Shown here in pieces: positions 9,678 through 18,088 of a stretch of 64,000 bases of DNA. Within the stretch, counting starts at the first letter, position 1, and each line of letters begins with the position of its first letter. The DNA is taken from assembly GCA_902788205.1 (NCBI GenBank), contig CADAJJ010000009.1, positions 119-64,118 of the forward strand. Reading direction: 5' to 3'. The notes under the pieces are model-generated. The model did not search any database and was not told the DNA's origin. It worked only from the letters and a program-made list of their open reading frames with translations. Source of the DNA: an uncultured Spirochaetales bacterium. GTDB taxonomy: Bacteria > Spirochaetota > Spirochaetia > Sphaerochaetales > Sphaerochaetaceae. The translations under genes and the position numbers were made by a program.

Positions 9678-9683
9678 GCAGAC

Positions 9684-10466
9684 ATGGCCCAACGAACTGT
9701 AATCGAAGAACGGAGGAAAAAGATCGCCACCTTCGTCAGCCAACAGGAAAAGGTGGACATTCACACCCTCGCCAAACTCACCAACGCAACCGAATACACC
9801 ATTCGTCGGGATCTTGCCTTTCTCGAGCAGGAAAACCTCATCACCAGGACTCATGGAGGGGCAAAACGGACGGAAAACCAGAAACTCGTCTGGCAAATCA
9901 CTTCGGTAACTGAACGGCTTCAGAAGAATCGCGAGCAAAAGACGCGAATAGCCCAGTTTGCCGCATCACTGGTCGATGATAATGATTCCATCATGATTGA
10001 CGGTGGCAGCACCACCCAGCTTATGGCTTACAATCTGAAGGAAAAAAGGGATCTTCTCGCTGTCACGAACTCTCCAGATATTGCAAAAATCTTGCTCGAT
10101 ACAGACGATGCAAAAGTGGTGCAACTAGGTGGCGAAATGCAACGAAACACTTTTACGGTCTCAGGGCCCGAGGCGGAAGAACACCTTGCACACTTCTTTG
10201 TAGACAAAAGCATCATCGGTGTTTCCGGTGCCGACCTCGACCATGGTTGTTATGCAGCCATTCCAAGCGAAGCAAGCCTGAAAAGACTGATGCTCAGACA
10301 ATCACGGGAACGCATTGTCCTGATGGACAGCTCAAAATTTGGAAGAAAAGCTTTTTCGCTCGCGTTCCCCTTCAACATGGTGGACATCCTAGTCACTGAC
10401 ACGGAAGCTCCTTCCGACCTCATCATCAAACTTAAGGAAATGAACGTGAAGGTCTACACAGTCTAA
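9684..10466 (+). CDS. DeoR/GlpR-family transcriptional regulator
   Basis: N-terminal HTH (HTLAKLTNATEYTIRRDLAFLEQENLITRTHGGA) plus a DeoR C-terminal sugar-phosphate-sensor-like domain. Confidence 0.9.
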   Translation: MAQRTVIEERRKKIATFVSQQEKVDIHTLAKLTNATEYTIRRDLAFLEQENLITRTHGGAKRTENQKLVWQITSVTERLQKNREQKTRIAQFAASLVDDNDSIMIDGGSTTQLMAYNLKEKRDLLAVTNSPDIAKILLDTDDAKVVQLGGEMQRNTFTVSGPEAEEHLAHFFVDKSIIGVSGADLDHGCYAAIPSEASLKRLMLRQSRERIVLMDSSKFGRKAFSLAFPFNMVDILVTDTEAPSDLIIKLKEMNVKVYTV

Positions 10467-10653
10467 ACTCCATATCGAGACGTATCCGTTTCCCGTCCTG
10501 CTTGTATCCCCAGGCAGGAGGAAGCATCCGCGTTCGGGAACTGTGCGTACGTGCATCGTCACAAAACCCAATCCATTTTATTTGTGCTTCAACACAATTG
10601 TTTTTCCTGTTTTCTCCATTAGACTTAGAGACAAGCACAGGGAAGGTTCGCAG

Positions 10654-11478
10654 ATGGTTACGTGTACATGGCTCGTCGAAAACGGACAATCGGAGTTGCT
10701 TTCCACGCATATCGTGCATGGCTTATCCTGTTTCATCCACAGTGAGGAAGGAGCCTTGCTTTTCGACTGCGGTCCTGACGCGACGCTTCTGTACAACGCG
10801 CCGCTGATGGGAATCGACCTTTGTACGGTCAGGACCGTCGTACTCAGCCACAGCCACTATGACCATGCCGGCGGCTTCCCTTTCCTTGTCGGGAAGGCGC
10901 CAGTCCAAAGGCTCTATACGGGTCCTCATTTCTTTGAACCCAAATATGCGAAAAACGGCGAAGTGCTCACCTATCTTGGCTGTGGTTTCGATACAGCCTT
11001 CCTTCGAAAAAAGGATATCCTCGTGGAGGAGGTCCCGCTTCGGGTGGAGATCGCCAAAGGACTCTGGGTAGTCGGAGGGTTCCAGTCATCCCATCCCTAC
11101 GAGCAGATCCCCTCCCGCTTTGTCAAACAAACGGGAAAAGGAATCGTCCCCGACCGGTTCGAGGACGAGGTGTGCCTGGTCGTCGACCACAAAGACTCGC
11201 TCAGCATGCTGGTAGGCTGCTCCCATGTCGGAGTGGCGAGCATGGTAGCCCGGGTCGAGCAGCTTTTTGGCAGCCCGGTGACCAAGCTGTATGGGGGTTT
11301 CCACCTCGGCTCCTCCGACGACAAGACGATTGCCTCCACCTTGTCTGAACTAGCCTCCTGCCAGGTGCAGACGCTCGGCATGTGCCACTGTTCAGGTTCC
11401 CATGCAGTCGACATGGCCTGTAACGGACATCAATTTGCCATCAGCGTCGTCCATACCGGAGACACGGTGGTCCTATGA
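10654..11478 (+). CDS. MBL-fold metallo-hydrolase
   Basis: HGLSCFI..LLFDCGPD..LSHSHYDHAGG metallo-beta-lactamase motif. ATG 10654 follows GGAAGG. The stop overlaps the next start (ATGA). Confidence 0.8.
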   Translation: MVTCTWLVENGQSELLSTHIVHGLSCFIHSEEGALLFDCGPDATLLYNAPLMGIDLCTVRTVVLSHSHYDHAGGFPFLVGKAPVQRLYTGPHFFEPKYAKNGEVLTYLGCGFDTAFLRKKDILVEEVPLRVEIAKGLWVVGGFQSSHPYEQIPSRFVKQTGKGIVPDRFEDEVCLVVDHKDSLSMLVGCSHVGVASMVARVEQLFGSPVTKLYGGFHLGSSDDKTIASTLSELASCQVQTLGMCHCSGSHAVDMACNGHQFAISVVHTGDTVVL

Positions 11479-12569
11479 GAAGCGAACTCTCCCGCATCGC
11501 CCAAGACATCGTGGATGCCACCAGCATCTTCGTCCGCACACGCACGATCAACATCATGGATACCGAGGGCATCATCATCGCCTCCTCCGACCACAGCAGG
11601 ATCGGAACCTGGCATGCGGGAGCCGCCGAAGCCATCAAAACCGGCAAAACCGTCGAAATCAAGCCGGAAGAAGTCTCCCGCTATGCAGGAGCCAAACAGG
11701 GAATCAACTCACCGGTCGTCCAGGACGGAGCCATTGTCGGGGTAGTCGGCATCTACGGCGTCCCGGACGAGGTACGGGACACCGCAGCCCTGCTGTCCGT
11801 CTGTGTCGGTCTGTATTTGAAACAGGCGGATCGGACAGAACGGAAAGGCCAGCGAAGGGAAAACCGGAGAATCCTGTACGAATTGCTCCTCTCCGGCGGC
11901 GAGGCCTCCCGCATCAATCAGCTCTGGTCGATGCTGGGCAAGGAACTTCACTTCCCCTACACGCCCATTTTGATCGTCATGGCCGACCTCTCCGACCGGG
12001 ACGCCGACAGCTTCAGCCACCGTCTCGCCGACCATCACCTGATGGACTCCAGACTCGACCTTGTCGTCGAATGCACCGATGGCTATCTGCTTCTGCAACA
12101 GAAAGCTTCTTCGTCCATTCAGCAACTTGTCAGCCTGCCTGGAGTATCCAAGGTCATCAAAGGCAGGCCGGTGGATTCGCACGGTATGGCAGAGACCGCC
12201 GTCAGGGAGATACAGATGCTTGCCACGGCAAGCCCGAACCGGACTGCCGACATGGAAAACCCTGACGACCTCTACCTGCTCAACTTTCTTCCTGACGGGG
12301 CGCCCGTTGTCTCCCAGGCAGCCCAGCGGTATGCCTCGCGATTGGAGACGATGGCGGGAGCATGGGTTCCGGAGACCGTGCAAGCCTACCTGCAGGACGA
12401 TGGCAACCAGCAGGCGCTGACGAAGCACCTGGGAATCCATAAGAACACCAGTCTCTACCGGATGCACCGGATCTGGAAGGAGCTGGGACTGGAAGACGCG
12501 CGGATGGAGAGCCGGATGTTCTTCCTACGCTACGCCTGGTACCTGCATAACGCTCATGCTCCGGCATGA
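11475..12569 (+). CDS. CdaR/PucR-family (sugar-diacid type) transcriptional regulator
   Basis: N-terminal diacid-recognition-like region (INIMDTEGIIIASSD..GINSPV..GAIVGVVGI) and a C-terminal PucR-type HTH (LTKHLGIHKNTSLYRMHRI). Confidence 0.8.
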   Translation: MRSELSRIAQDIVDATSIFVRTRTINIMDTEGIIIASSDHSRIGTWHAGAAEAIKTGKTVEIKPEEVSRYAGAKQGINSPVVQDGAIVGVVGIYGVPDEVRDTAALLSVCVGLYLKQADRTERKGQRRENRRILYELLLSGGEASRINQLWSMLGKELHFPYTPILIVMADLSDRDADSFSHRLADHHLMDSRLDLVVECTDGYLLLQQKASSSIQQLVSLPGVSKVIKGRPVDSHGMAETAVREIQMLATASPNRTADMENPDDLYLLNFLPDGAPVVSQAAQRYASRLETMAGAWVPETVQAYLQDDGNQQALTKHLGIHKNTSLYRMHRIWKELGLEDARMESRMFFLRYAWYLHNAHAPA

Positions 12570-12618
12570 GCAGAGATAGAGAAGGGATAGACAGTTAGAA
12601 CAAAAAGGAGGTTCTTGT

Positions 12619-13962
12619 ATGTCTGGCTTGTACATGTTTACCGTCATCATCCTGGCGGTCGTGCTGATGATCGTCGCCATCAGCAAATGGAAGATCAACC
12701 CGTTCATCACGATGATCATCATCGCGGTTCTGGTCGGTCTTGCCTGTGGAATGGACACGGAAACCGTCATCAACAAGGTGAAGGGCGGATTCGGAAGCAT
12801 TCTCGCCTCCATCGGTATCGTCATCCTCTGCGGCACCATCATCGGCACCATCCTGGAGAAGACCGGAGCGGCGCTGACCATGGCCAACACGATTCTCAAG
12901 GCGGTCGGCAAAAAGCGTGCCGTACTGACCATGGCGATTACTGGCTACATCACCGGCATTCCGGTCTTCTGCGACAGCGGTTTCGTCATCCTCTCCCCCA
13001 TCAGCCGCTCGCTGGCAGCCCAAAGCGGAACCTCGCTCGCCGTCATGGCGACCGCGCTTTCCGCCGGCCTGTATGCGACCCACTGTCTTGTCCCGCCCAC
13101 TCCCGGCCCGATCGCCATGGCAGGAACTTTGGGCGCCGACCTCGGCCTGACAATCGGTATCGGACTCATCATCTCCATCCCCGCCACATTGGCCGGCCTG
13201 TGGTATGCAAAGCATATTTCCAGCAAGATCGACATTCCTGCTAATCCTGAATACACCGTGGAGGAACTGACGGAAAAATACGGGAAGCTTCCGGGAGCGC
13301 TGCACTCGTTCAGCCCGATCCTGCTTCCCATCATCCTGATCGCGTTGAAGTCGGTCAGCGACTTTCCTTCCCACCCGTTTGGAGACGGTGGCCTGCATGC
13401 GTTCTGTTCCTTCATCGGCAACCCCGTCATCGCCCTGATGCTGGGGGTCGGGCTGGCCGTCACGCTGGTGCCCGCCACCAGCAAGGGACAGGTTCCCGAC
13501 TGGGTGGGCGAAGGGATCCTGAACTCCGCCTCGATTCTCGCCATCACCGGTGCCGGCGGCTCTTTCGGGGAAATCCTGAAATCGCTGCCAATCGCCGACG
13601 TGCTCCAGAACTCGCTGCTCTCGCTGAACATCGGCGTCCTGATTCCCTTCATCATCGCCGCGTTGCTGAAGACCGCCATGGGCGCCTCCACCGTCGCCAT
13701 GATCGTGACCAGCGCCATGGTCGCCCCGATGTTGGAAGTGATGGGCATGACCAGCCCGATCGCCAGGGTGCTCGTCATCATGGCCATCGGCGCCGGTTCC
13801 ATGACCGTCAGCCACGCCAACGACTCCTACTTCTGGGTCGTCTCCCAGTTCTCCGACATGAAGACCGAACAGGCATACAAGTGCCAGACCGGTGTGACCG
13901 GAGTGATGGGCGTCGTCACCATCCTTGTCGTGTTCATCCTCTCCCTGTTCGTCAGAGGGTAA
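12619..13962 (+). CDS. GntP-family anion:H+ symporter (gluconate/glycerate-type permease)
   Basis: 447-aa polytopic protein with GntP-like segments (ITGIPVFCDSGFVILSPI, AMGASTVAMI). AAGGAGG RBS. Confidence 0.85.
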   Translation: MSGLYMFTVIILAVVLMIVAISKWKINPFITMIIIAVLVGLACGMDTETVINKVKGGFGSILASIGIVILCGTIIGTILEKTGAALTMANTILKAVGKKRAVLTMAITGYITGIPVFCDSGFVILSPISRSLAAQSGTSLAVMATALSAGLYATHCLVPPTPGPIAMAGTLGADLGLTIGIGLIISIPATLAGLWYAKHISSKIDIPANPEYTVEELTEKYGKLPGALHSFSPILLPIILIALKSVSDFPSHPFGDGGLHAFCSFIGNPVIALMLGVGLAVTLVPATSKGQVPDWVGEGILNSASILAITGAGGSFGEILKSLPIADVLQNSLLSLNIGVLIPFIIAALLKTAMGASTVAMIVTSAMVAPMLEVMGMTSPIARVLVIMAIGAGSMTVSHANDSYFWVVSQFSDMKTEQAYKCQTGVTGVMGVVTILVVFILSLFVRG

Positions 13963-13985
13963 CCACCCAAGGGAGGACACATATC

Positions 13986-14013
13986 GCACGCTCTGCCTGA
14001 CGGCGGAGCGTGC
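13986..14013. terminator. Hairpin between convergent GntP and MATE genes
   Basis: 8-bp stem GCACGCTC/GAGCGTGC with a 12-nt loop; weak T-run. Position between convergent stops suggests a bidirectional terminator. Confidence 0.4.
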
Positions 14014-14019
14014 TTCACA

Positions 14020-15375
14020 TCACTGGATTCGCTTGAGGATTTTCGGGAATCGATAGGCGAAAATCAGCGAGCAAAGGACGGCGCACAGTCCATCCGCTAT
14101 CGCCTCCCCCATGAAGACGCCTTTCGGCCCCAACAACCGGGAAAGCAAGATGACCAGAGGAATCAGCAGGATTACTTTTCGCAGCAATGCGATAAAGAGG
14201 GAAATACCTGCCTGCCCAAGCGCCACAAAGGTCTGCTGGCAGGCTCTCTGCAAACCGAAAATCAAGAAGCCGGAAAGAAAGAGCGGCATCCATTTCCCTA
14301 CGGTGGCGACCAGCTCAGGATCGCTGGTGAAAACCCGGGCAACGGATTCCGGAGCGAGAACCATCACTCCGGTCAGGACGCAGGTGAAGGAGCACATGAC
14401 GCAGAGCACCACCCGAAATGCGTCCCGCACCCTGCCGGCATTCCTGTGCCCGTAGTTGTAGCTGATCACCGGGTTGGCTCCTTGGGAGAAGCCGGCCAAA
14501 GGAATCGAAGTGAACTGCATGGCACTTTGCATGATCGCCAACGCACTGACATAGATATCCCCGTAGCGTACCAGCTCCCGGTTGAGGACGAAACCCACCA
14601 GACTCTCGGTACAGGCCATGACGAACGGGGAAATCCCCAGGGAAAAGATCCGCCAGACCAAGGCACCGTCGAAACGCATCCGGCTCGGAAGCAGACGCAG
14701 GCTGGCCTTCGGGCTGGCCAGCAGAACCAGAATCAGAGCCGCACTGGCAGCCTGGCTGGACACAGTCGCGATCGCCGCACCCCGTACACCCAGCCCGAAG
14801 CCAAACAGGAAAAGGGGATCGAGGAGGATGTTCAGGATGGCGCCGAGGACGACGGAGAGCATGGCGGCTTTGGGTTTGCCCTGAACGTTGAGAAACGGAT
14901 TGAGGGCCACCGTCACCATGACAAACGGCGTACCAAGCAGGTAGCAGGAAAAGTACTCCTCCGCGAAGGGAAGCGTCTCTTCCGACGCCCCGCAAAGACA
15001 AAGCAGGGATTGCAGGTTCGTGCCGATTCCCGCAACCAGCACTACCGAAAAGAAAGCCAGCATCGCGCTACCGGTTCCCAGAATCCTCTCCGCCTTCTCC
15101 TTTTGTCCCGCGCCCATGGCAATCGAGGCAAGAGGCGCTCCCCCGCCTCCGACAATCATGGGGAAAGCGGAGACCAAGGTGACCAGCGTCGTGCAGATGC
15201 CGACTCCCGCGAGGGCACGGGAGCCGATTCCGGGAATATGGCCGATATACATTCGGTCGACGATACTGTACAGCAGGTTGACCAGCTGGGCCACCACGGC
15301 AGGAAACGCCATCCCAAGGATCAAAGGCAGGACGGGTTCGGTCAAAAAACGTCTATCCAGGGAATCTTGAGGCAT
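14020..15375 (-). CDS. MATE-family efflux transporter
   Basis: 12-TM-like hydrophobic product with a MATE N-terminal pattern (LPLILGMAFPAVVAQLVNLLYSIVDRMYIGH). ATG 15375 (MPQDS) is preferred over the longer ORF. Confidence 0.8.
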   Translation of the reverse strand: MPQDSLDRRFLTEPVLPLILGMAFPAVVAQLVNLLYSIVDRMYIGHIPGIGSRALAGVGICTTLVTLVSAFPMIVGGGGAPLASIAMGAGQKEKAERILGTGSAMLAFFSVVLVAGIGTNLQSLLCLCGASEETLPFAEEYFSCYLLGTPFVMVTVALNPFLNVQGKPKAAMLSVVLGAILNILLDPLFLFGFGLGVRGAAIATVSSQAASAALILVLLASPKASLRLLPSRMRFDGALVWRIFSLGISPFVMACTESLVGFVLNRELVRYGDIYVSALAIMQSAMQFTSIPLAGFSQGANPVISYNYGHRNAGRVRDAFRVVLCVMCSFTCVLTGVMVLAPESVARVFTSDPELVATVGKWMPLFLSGFLIFGLQRACQQTFVALGQAGISLFIALLRKVILLIPLVILLSRLLGPKGVFMGEAIADGLCAVLCSLIFAYRFPKILKRIQ

Positions 15376-15454
15376 GGCATGATTATAGGACCAAGCGGAT
15401 TTCTTTGTCTCCTCATGATTGGAGAAAAGCGATATAGTAGGTGCAGGTGATGCC

Positions 15455-16009
15455 ATGAGGAATCTGCTGTCAAACAAACAATCCGCCGCCATCAATCTGT
15501 TCGAAGCCTTCCAGGAAGCGCTGGGAGACCTGCACGAGCGGGACTCCTATCTTTTTTCCAAACCGAAAACCAAAGGTGCCATCAGCCACAAGCTGGCCAT
15601 GTACATGGAAGCGCATCTGCGAGCCAAGCAACTCTCCTACGAGGGCTTCTCGTTCGACGTGATGCTGAACCACACCGACATCCTGCTCCACGACCGGGCC
15701 GGAAAGGTGCTTGTCTCCATCATGGTCTTCCATGACTACATACCTAAGGGCGAAATCGAGCTTTTGAAGCGGACCATGGTCGAGGGAGCGGTACTGACAT
15801 TGGCTGTCGCCTTTCTCTCAGGAAAAGACTACCTGCTGATCTACCGGGTCGGCAAAGAGACGATCGACTACTACCACTACAACTTGGCGGAGAATCTTTC
15901 CAGCCTGAAGATGTCGAAGAACCGGATGGAACGGTATGACAAGGAGCAGCTATCCCTGCTCAAGACTCCGCGGAAGCGACGGATACAGAAAACTCCCTCC
16001 ACCACCTAA
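15455..16009 (+). CDS. Hypothetical protein (184 aa)
   Basis: ORF divergent from the MATE gene. It has no motif I recognise, a weak RBS and a basic C-terminal tail. Confidence 0.45.
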   Translation: MRNLLSNKQSAAINLFEAFQEALGDLHERDSYLFSKPKTKGAISHKLAMYMEAHLRAKQLSYEGFSFDVMLNHTDILLHDRAGKVLVSIMVFHDYIPKGEIELLKRTMVEGAVLTLAVAFLSGKDYLLIYRVGKETIDYYHYNLAENLSSLKMSKNRMERYDKEQLSLLKTPRKRRIQKTPSTT

Positions 16010-16169
16010 CCTACTATCTTTCATCGCTTGCGGTGGCCAGCAAGGCCGAGAAGAGGTCGGTTTTGTCTCCACAGGACGGCACCTTTTCCGAGGTGCCTCG
16101 TTTCTTTCTTGCATTTTTCGCTGAATAGGCTGACTCTTTTCCCTGTTTATACATACAATACAGTTTTCT

Positions 16170-16192
16170 GCATAAAAATTAATTTTTTATGC
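16170..16192. promoter_or_regulatory. AT-rich palindrome GCATAAAAA-TTAAT-TTTTTATGC upstream of the cstA promoter
   Basis: Perfect 9-bp inverted arms with a 5-nt spacer, ending 20 bp upstream of the -35 hexamer. This is an activator-type position. Confidence 0.35.
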
Positions 16193-16211
16193 TAAAAGTT
16201 TCGTTTTTCGA

Positions 16212-16241
16212 TTGACACACACTATTTGTTTTCTCTATATT
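16212..16241 (+). promoter_or_regulatory. Candidate sigma70-type promoter TTGACA-18-TATATT for cstA
   Basis: Consensus -35 at 16212-16217 and -10 at 16236-16241, about 85 nt upstream of the ATG. Confidence 0.5.
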
Positions 16242-16326
16242 TGCTCGCATTACGCTACAGGCAGTTGTTTTGATGGGGAAAGAAAAACAGGCCTGGGCAG
16301 ATTGTTCCGCATACAGGAGGCAAGTT

Positions 16327-18006
16327 ATGAACGGAATGGCAATCATGATCGTTGCTATCGTCGCAGTAATCGCCGGGTATGCGTTCTATGGCAAGTTCTT
16401 GGAGAAGACCTGGGGTATCGACGACAAACGTCCTACTCCCGCTGTCGCTCTCAAGGACGGACAGGATTACATGCCGACCAAACGGCAGGTCGTCTTCGGC
16501 CACCAGTTCGCATCAATCGCCGGTGCCGGTCCGATCAATGGACCGATTCAAGCCGCGGTATTCGGTTGGGTACCGGTACTGCTATGGTGTCTGATTGGCG
16601 GCATTTTCATTGGAGCCGTCCAAGACTATAGCGCAATGTACGCTTCGGTGCACAACAAGGGCAAATCGATTGGCTTCATTATCGAGAAATACGTCGGCAA
16701 GACCGGCAAGCGGCTTTTCCTGCTGTTCTGCTACCTCTTTTCCATCCTTGTCGTCGCGGCATTCGCCGACATCTGCGCCAAGAGCTTCGGCACTTCGGCT
16801 GGTTTCACCGCCGCAGTCAACCATTCCAACGGGCAGGTGGCGACCACCTCGGTGCTCTTCATCGCCGCGGCAGTCTTCCTTGGACTGCTGTTCAAGAAAC
16901 TGCCGAACCTGAGCACCGCGAAGAACACGGTCATCTCCCTGGTGCTGCTCGTCGCGTGTATCGCACTGGGCTATGTCCTGCCGATGAACGTCAGTGTCGA
17001 GAGCTGGAGGAACCTGGTCTTCTTCTACATCCTGATCGCCAGCGTCGCCCCGGTCTGGATCCTGCTCCAGCCCCGCGACTACCTGAACAGTTATCTTTTG
17101 GTCATCATGATTCTGGCCGCGGTGCTCGGCATCCTCGTCGCCCGCCCGGTGATGAACCTGCCGGCCTTCACCGGCTTCACCGCCTCAACCGGCAGCCTGT
17201 TCCCGATCCTCTTCGTGACGGTCGCCTGTGGCGCTGTCAGCGGATTCCATTCGCTGGTCTCCTCCGAGACGGCCAGCAAGCAGGTCGCCAAAGAAAGCGA
17301 CATGCTCCCGGTTTCCTACGGCGCCATGTTGCTCGAGGTGGTGCTCGGTGTCATCAGCCTTGTCGCTGCCGGCTCCGTCGCCTCTGCGAGCGGCGCGCTT
17401 CCCAAGGGGACCCCGCAGGTCATCTTCGCTGGTGCTGTCGCGGGTTTCCTGCAGAAGATCGGTCTGCCGAACGACCTTTCCTTCGAACTAATCTCGCTGG
17501 CCGTCAGCGCCTTTGCCCTGACCAGCCTCGACTCGGTCGCCCGTGTCGGCCGCCTTTCCTGGCAGGAGCTCTTCACTGACAGCGACCATCCGGAGAAAGG
17601 ACCGGTCGCGACCGTCCTGAGCAACAAATGGGTCGCCACCATCCTTGTCCTGATTCCGGGCTATATGCTCTCGCTGGGTGGGTATGGTTCCATTTGGGCC
17701 TTGTTCGGCTCTTCCAACCAGCTTTTGTCCGTACTTGCGCTTAGTGCGGCCGCGGTGTTCCTTCGCCGCAGCGGACGGAAGTACAAGATGATGCTGTTGC
17801 CGATGTTCTTCATGCTGGCGGTCACCCTGACCGCGCTGGCACAGACGGTGGTCAAGAACTTCCGCACGATCGCGGCCAAAGGCCCGTCCCTTGCCCCGGT
17901 CATGCAGAACACGCTGGCCATCCTCTTGATTGGCTTGGCAATCGTCGTAGCCGTCTCCTGCTTCAAGAAGATCTTCTCCAAGCAGGCAGAACCTATTGTA
18001 GGTTAA
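16327..18006 (+). CDS. cstA: Carbon starvation protein A (peptide/pyruvate transporter family)
   Basis: FGHQFASIAGAGPINGPI CstA signature in a polytopic product. ATG 16327 follows AGGAGG. Confidence 0.85.
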   Translation: MNGMAIMIVAIVAVIAGYAFYGKFLEKTWGIDDKRPTPAVALKDGQDYMPTKRQVVFGHQFASIAGAGPINGPIQAAVFGWVPVLLWCLIGGIFIGAVQDYSAMYASVHNKGKSIGFIIEKYVGKTGKRLFLLFCYLFSILVVAAFADICAKSFGTSAGFTAAVNHSNGQVATTSVLFIAAAVFLGLLFKKLPNLSTAKNTVISLVLLVACIALGYVLPMNVSVESWRNLVFFYILIASVAPVWILLQPRDYLNSYLLVIMILAAVLGILVARPVMNLPAFTGFTASTGSLFPILFVTVACGAVSGFHSLVSSETASKQVAKESDMLPVSYGAMLLEVVLGVISLVAAGSVASASGALPKGTPQVIFAGAVAGFLQKIGLPNDLSFELISLAVSAFALTSLDSVARVGRLSWQELFTDSDHPEKGPVATVLSNKWVATILVLIPGYMLSLGGYGSIWALFGSSNQLLSVLALSAAAVFLRRSGRKYKMMLLPMFFMLAVTLTALAQTVVKNFRTIAAKGPSLAPVMQNTLAILLIGLAIVVAVSCFKKIFSKQAEPIVG

Positions 18007-18012
18007 TTTCCC

Positions 18013-18046
18013 AGCACCAGCCGGTTTCCCCCGGCTGGTGCTTTCT
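18013..18046 (+). terminator. Rho-independent terminator after cstA
   Basis: 12-bp GC-rich stem AGCACCAGCCGG/CCGGCTGGTGCT with a 6-nt loop, followed by TTCT. Confidence 0.7.
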
Positions 18047-18088
18047 CCCTTCTAGACTTTTTCCTTATAAGCGATTAGTTTCCAAAGC

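Noticed and set aside
12595-13989. 464-aa minus-strand ORF antisense to the GntP permease gene
   Set aside because: The product is low-complexity and D/G/H/R-rich, with no RBS. It exactly shadows a well-supported polytopic transporter on the other strand. This is a typical GC-rich antisense artefact.
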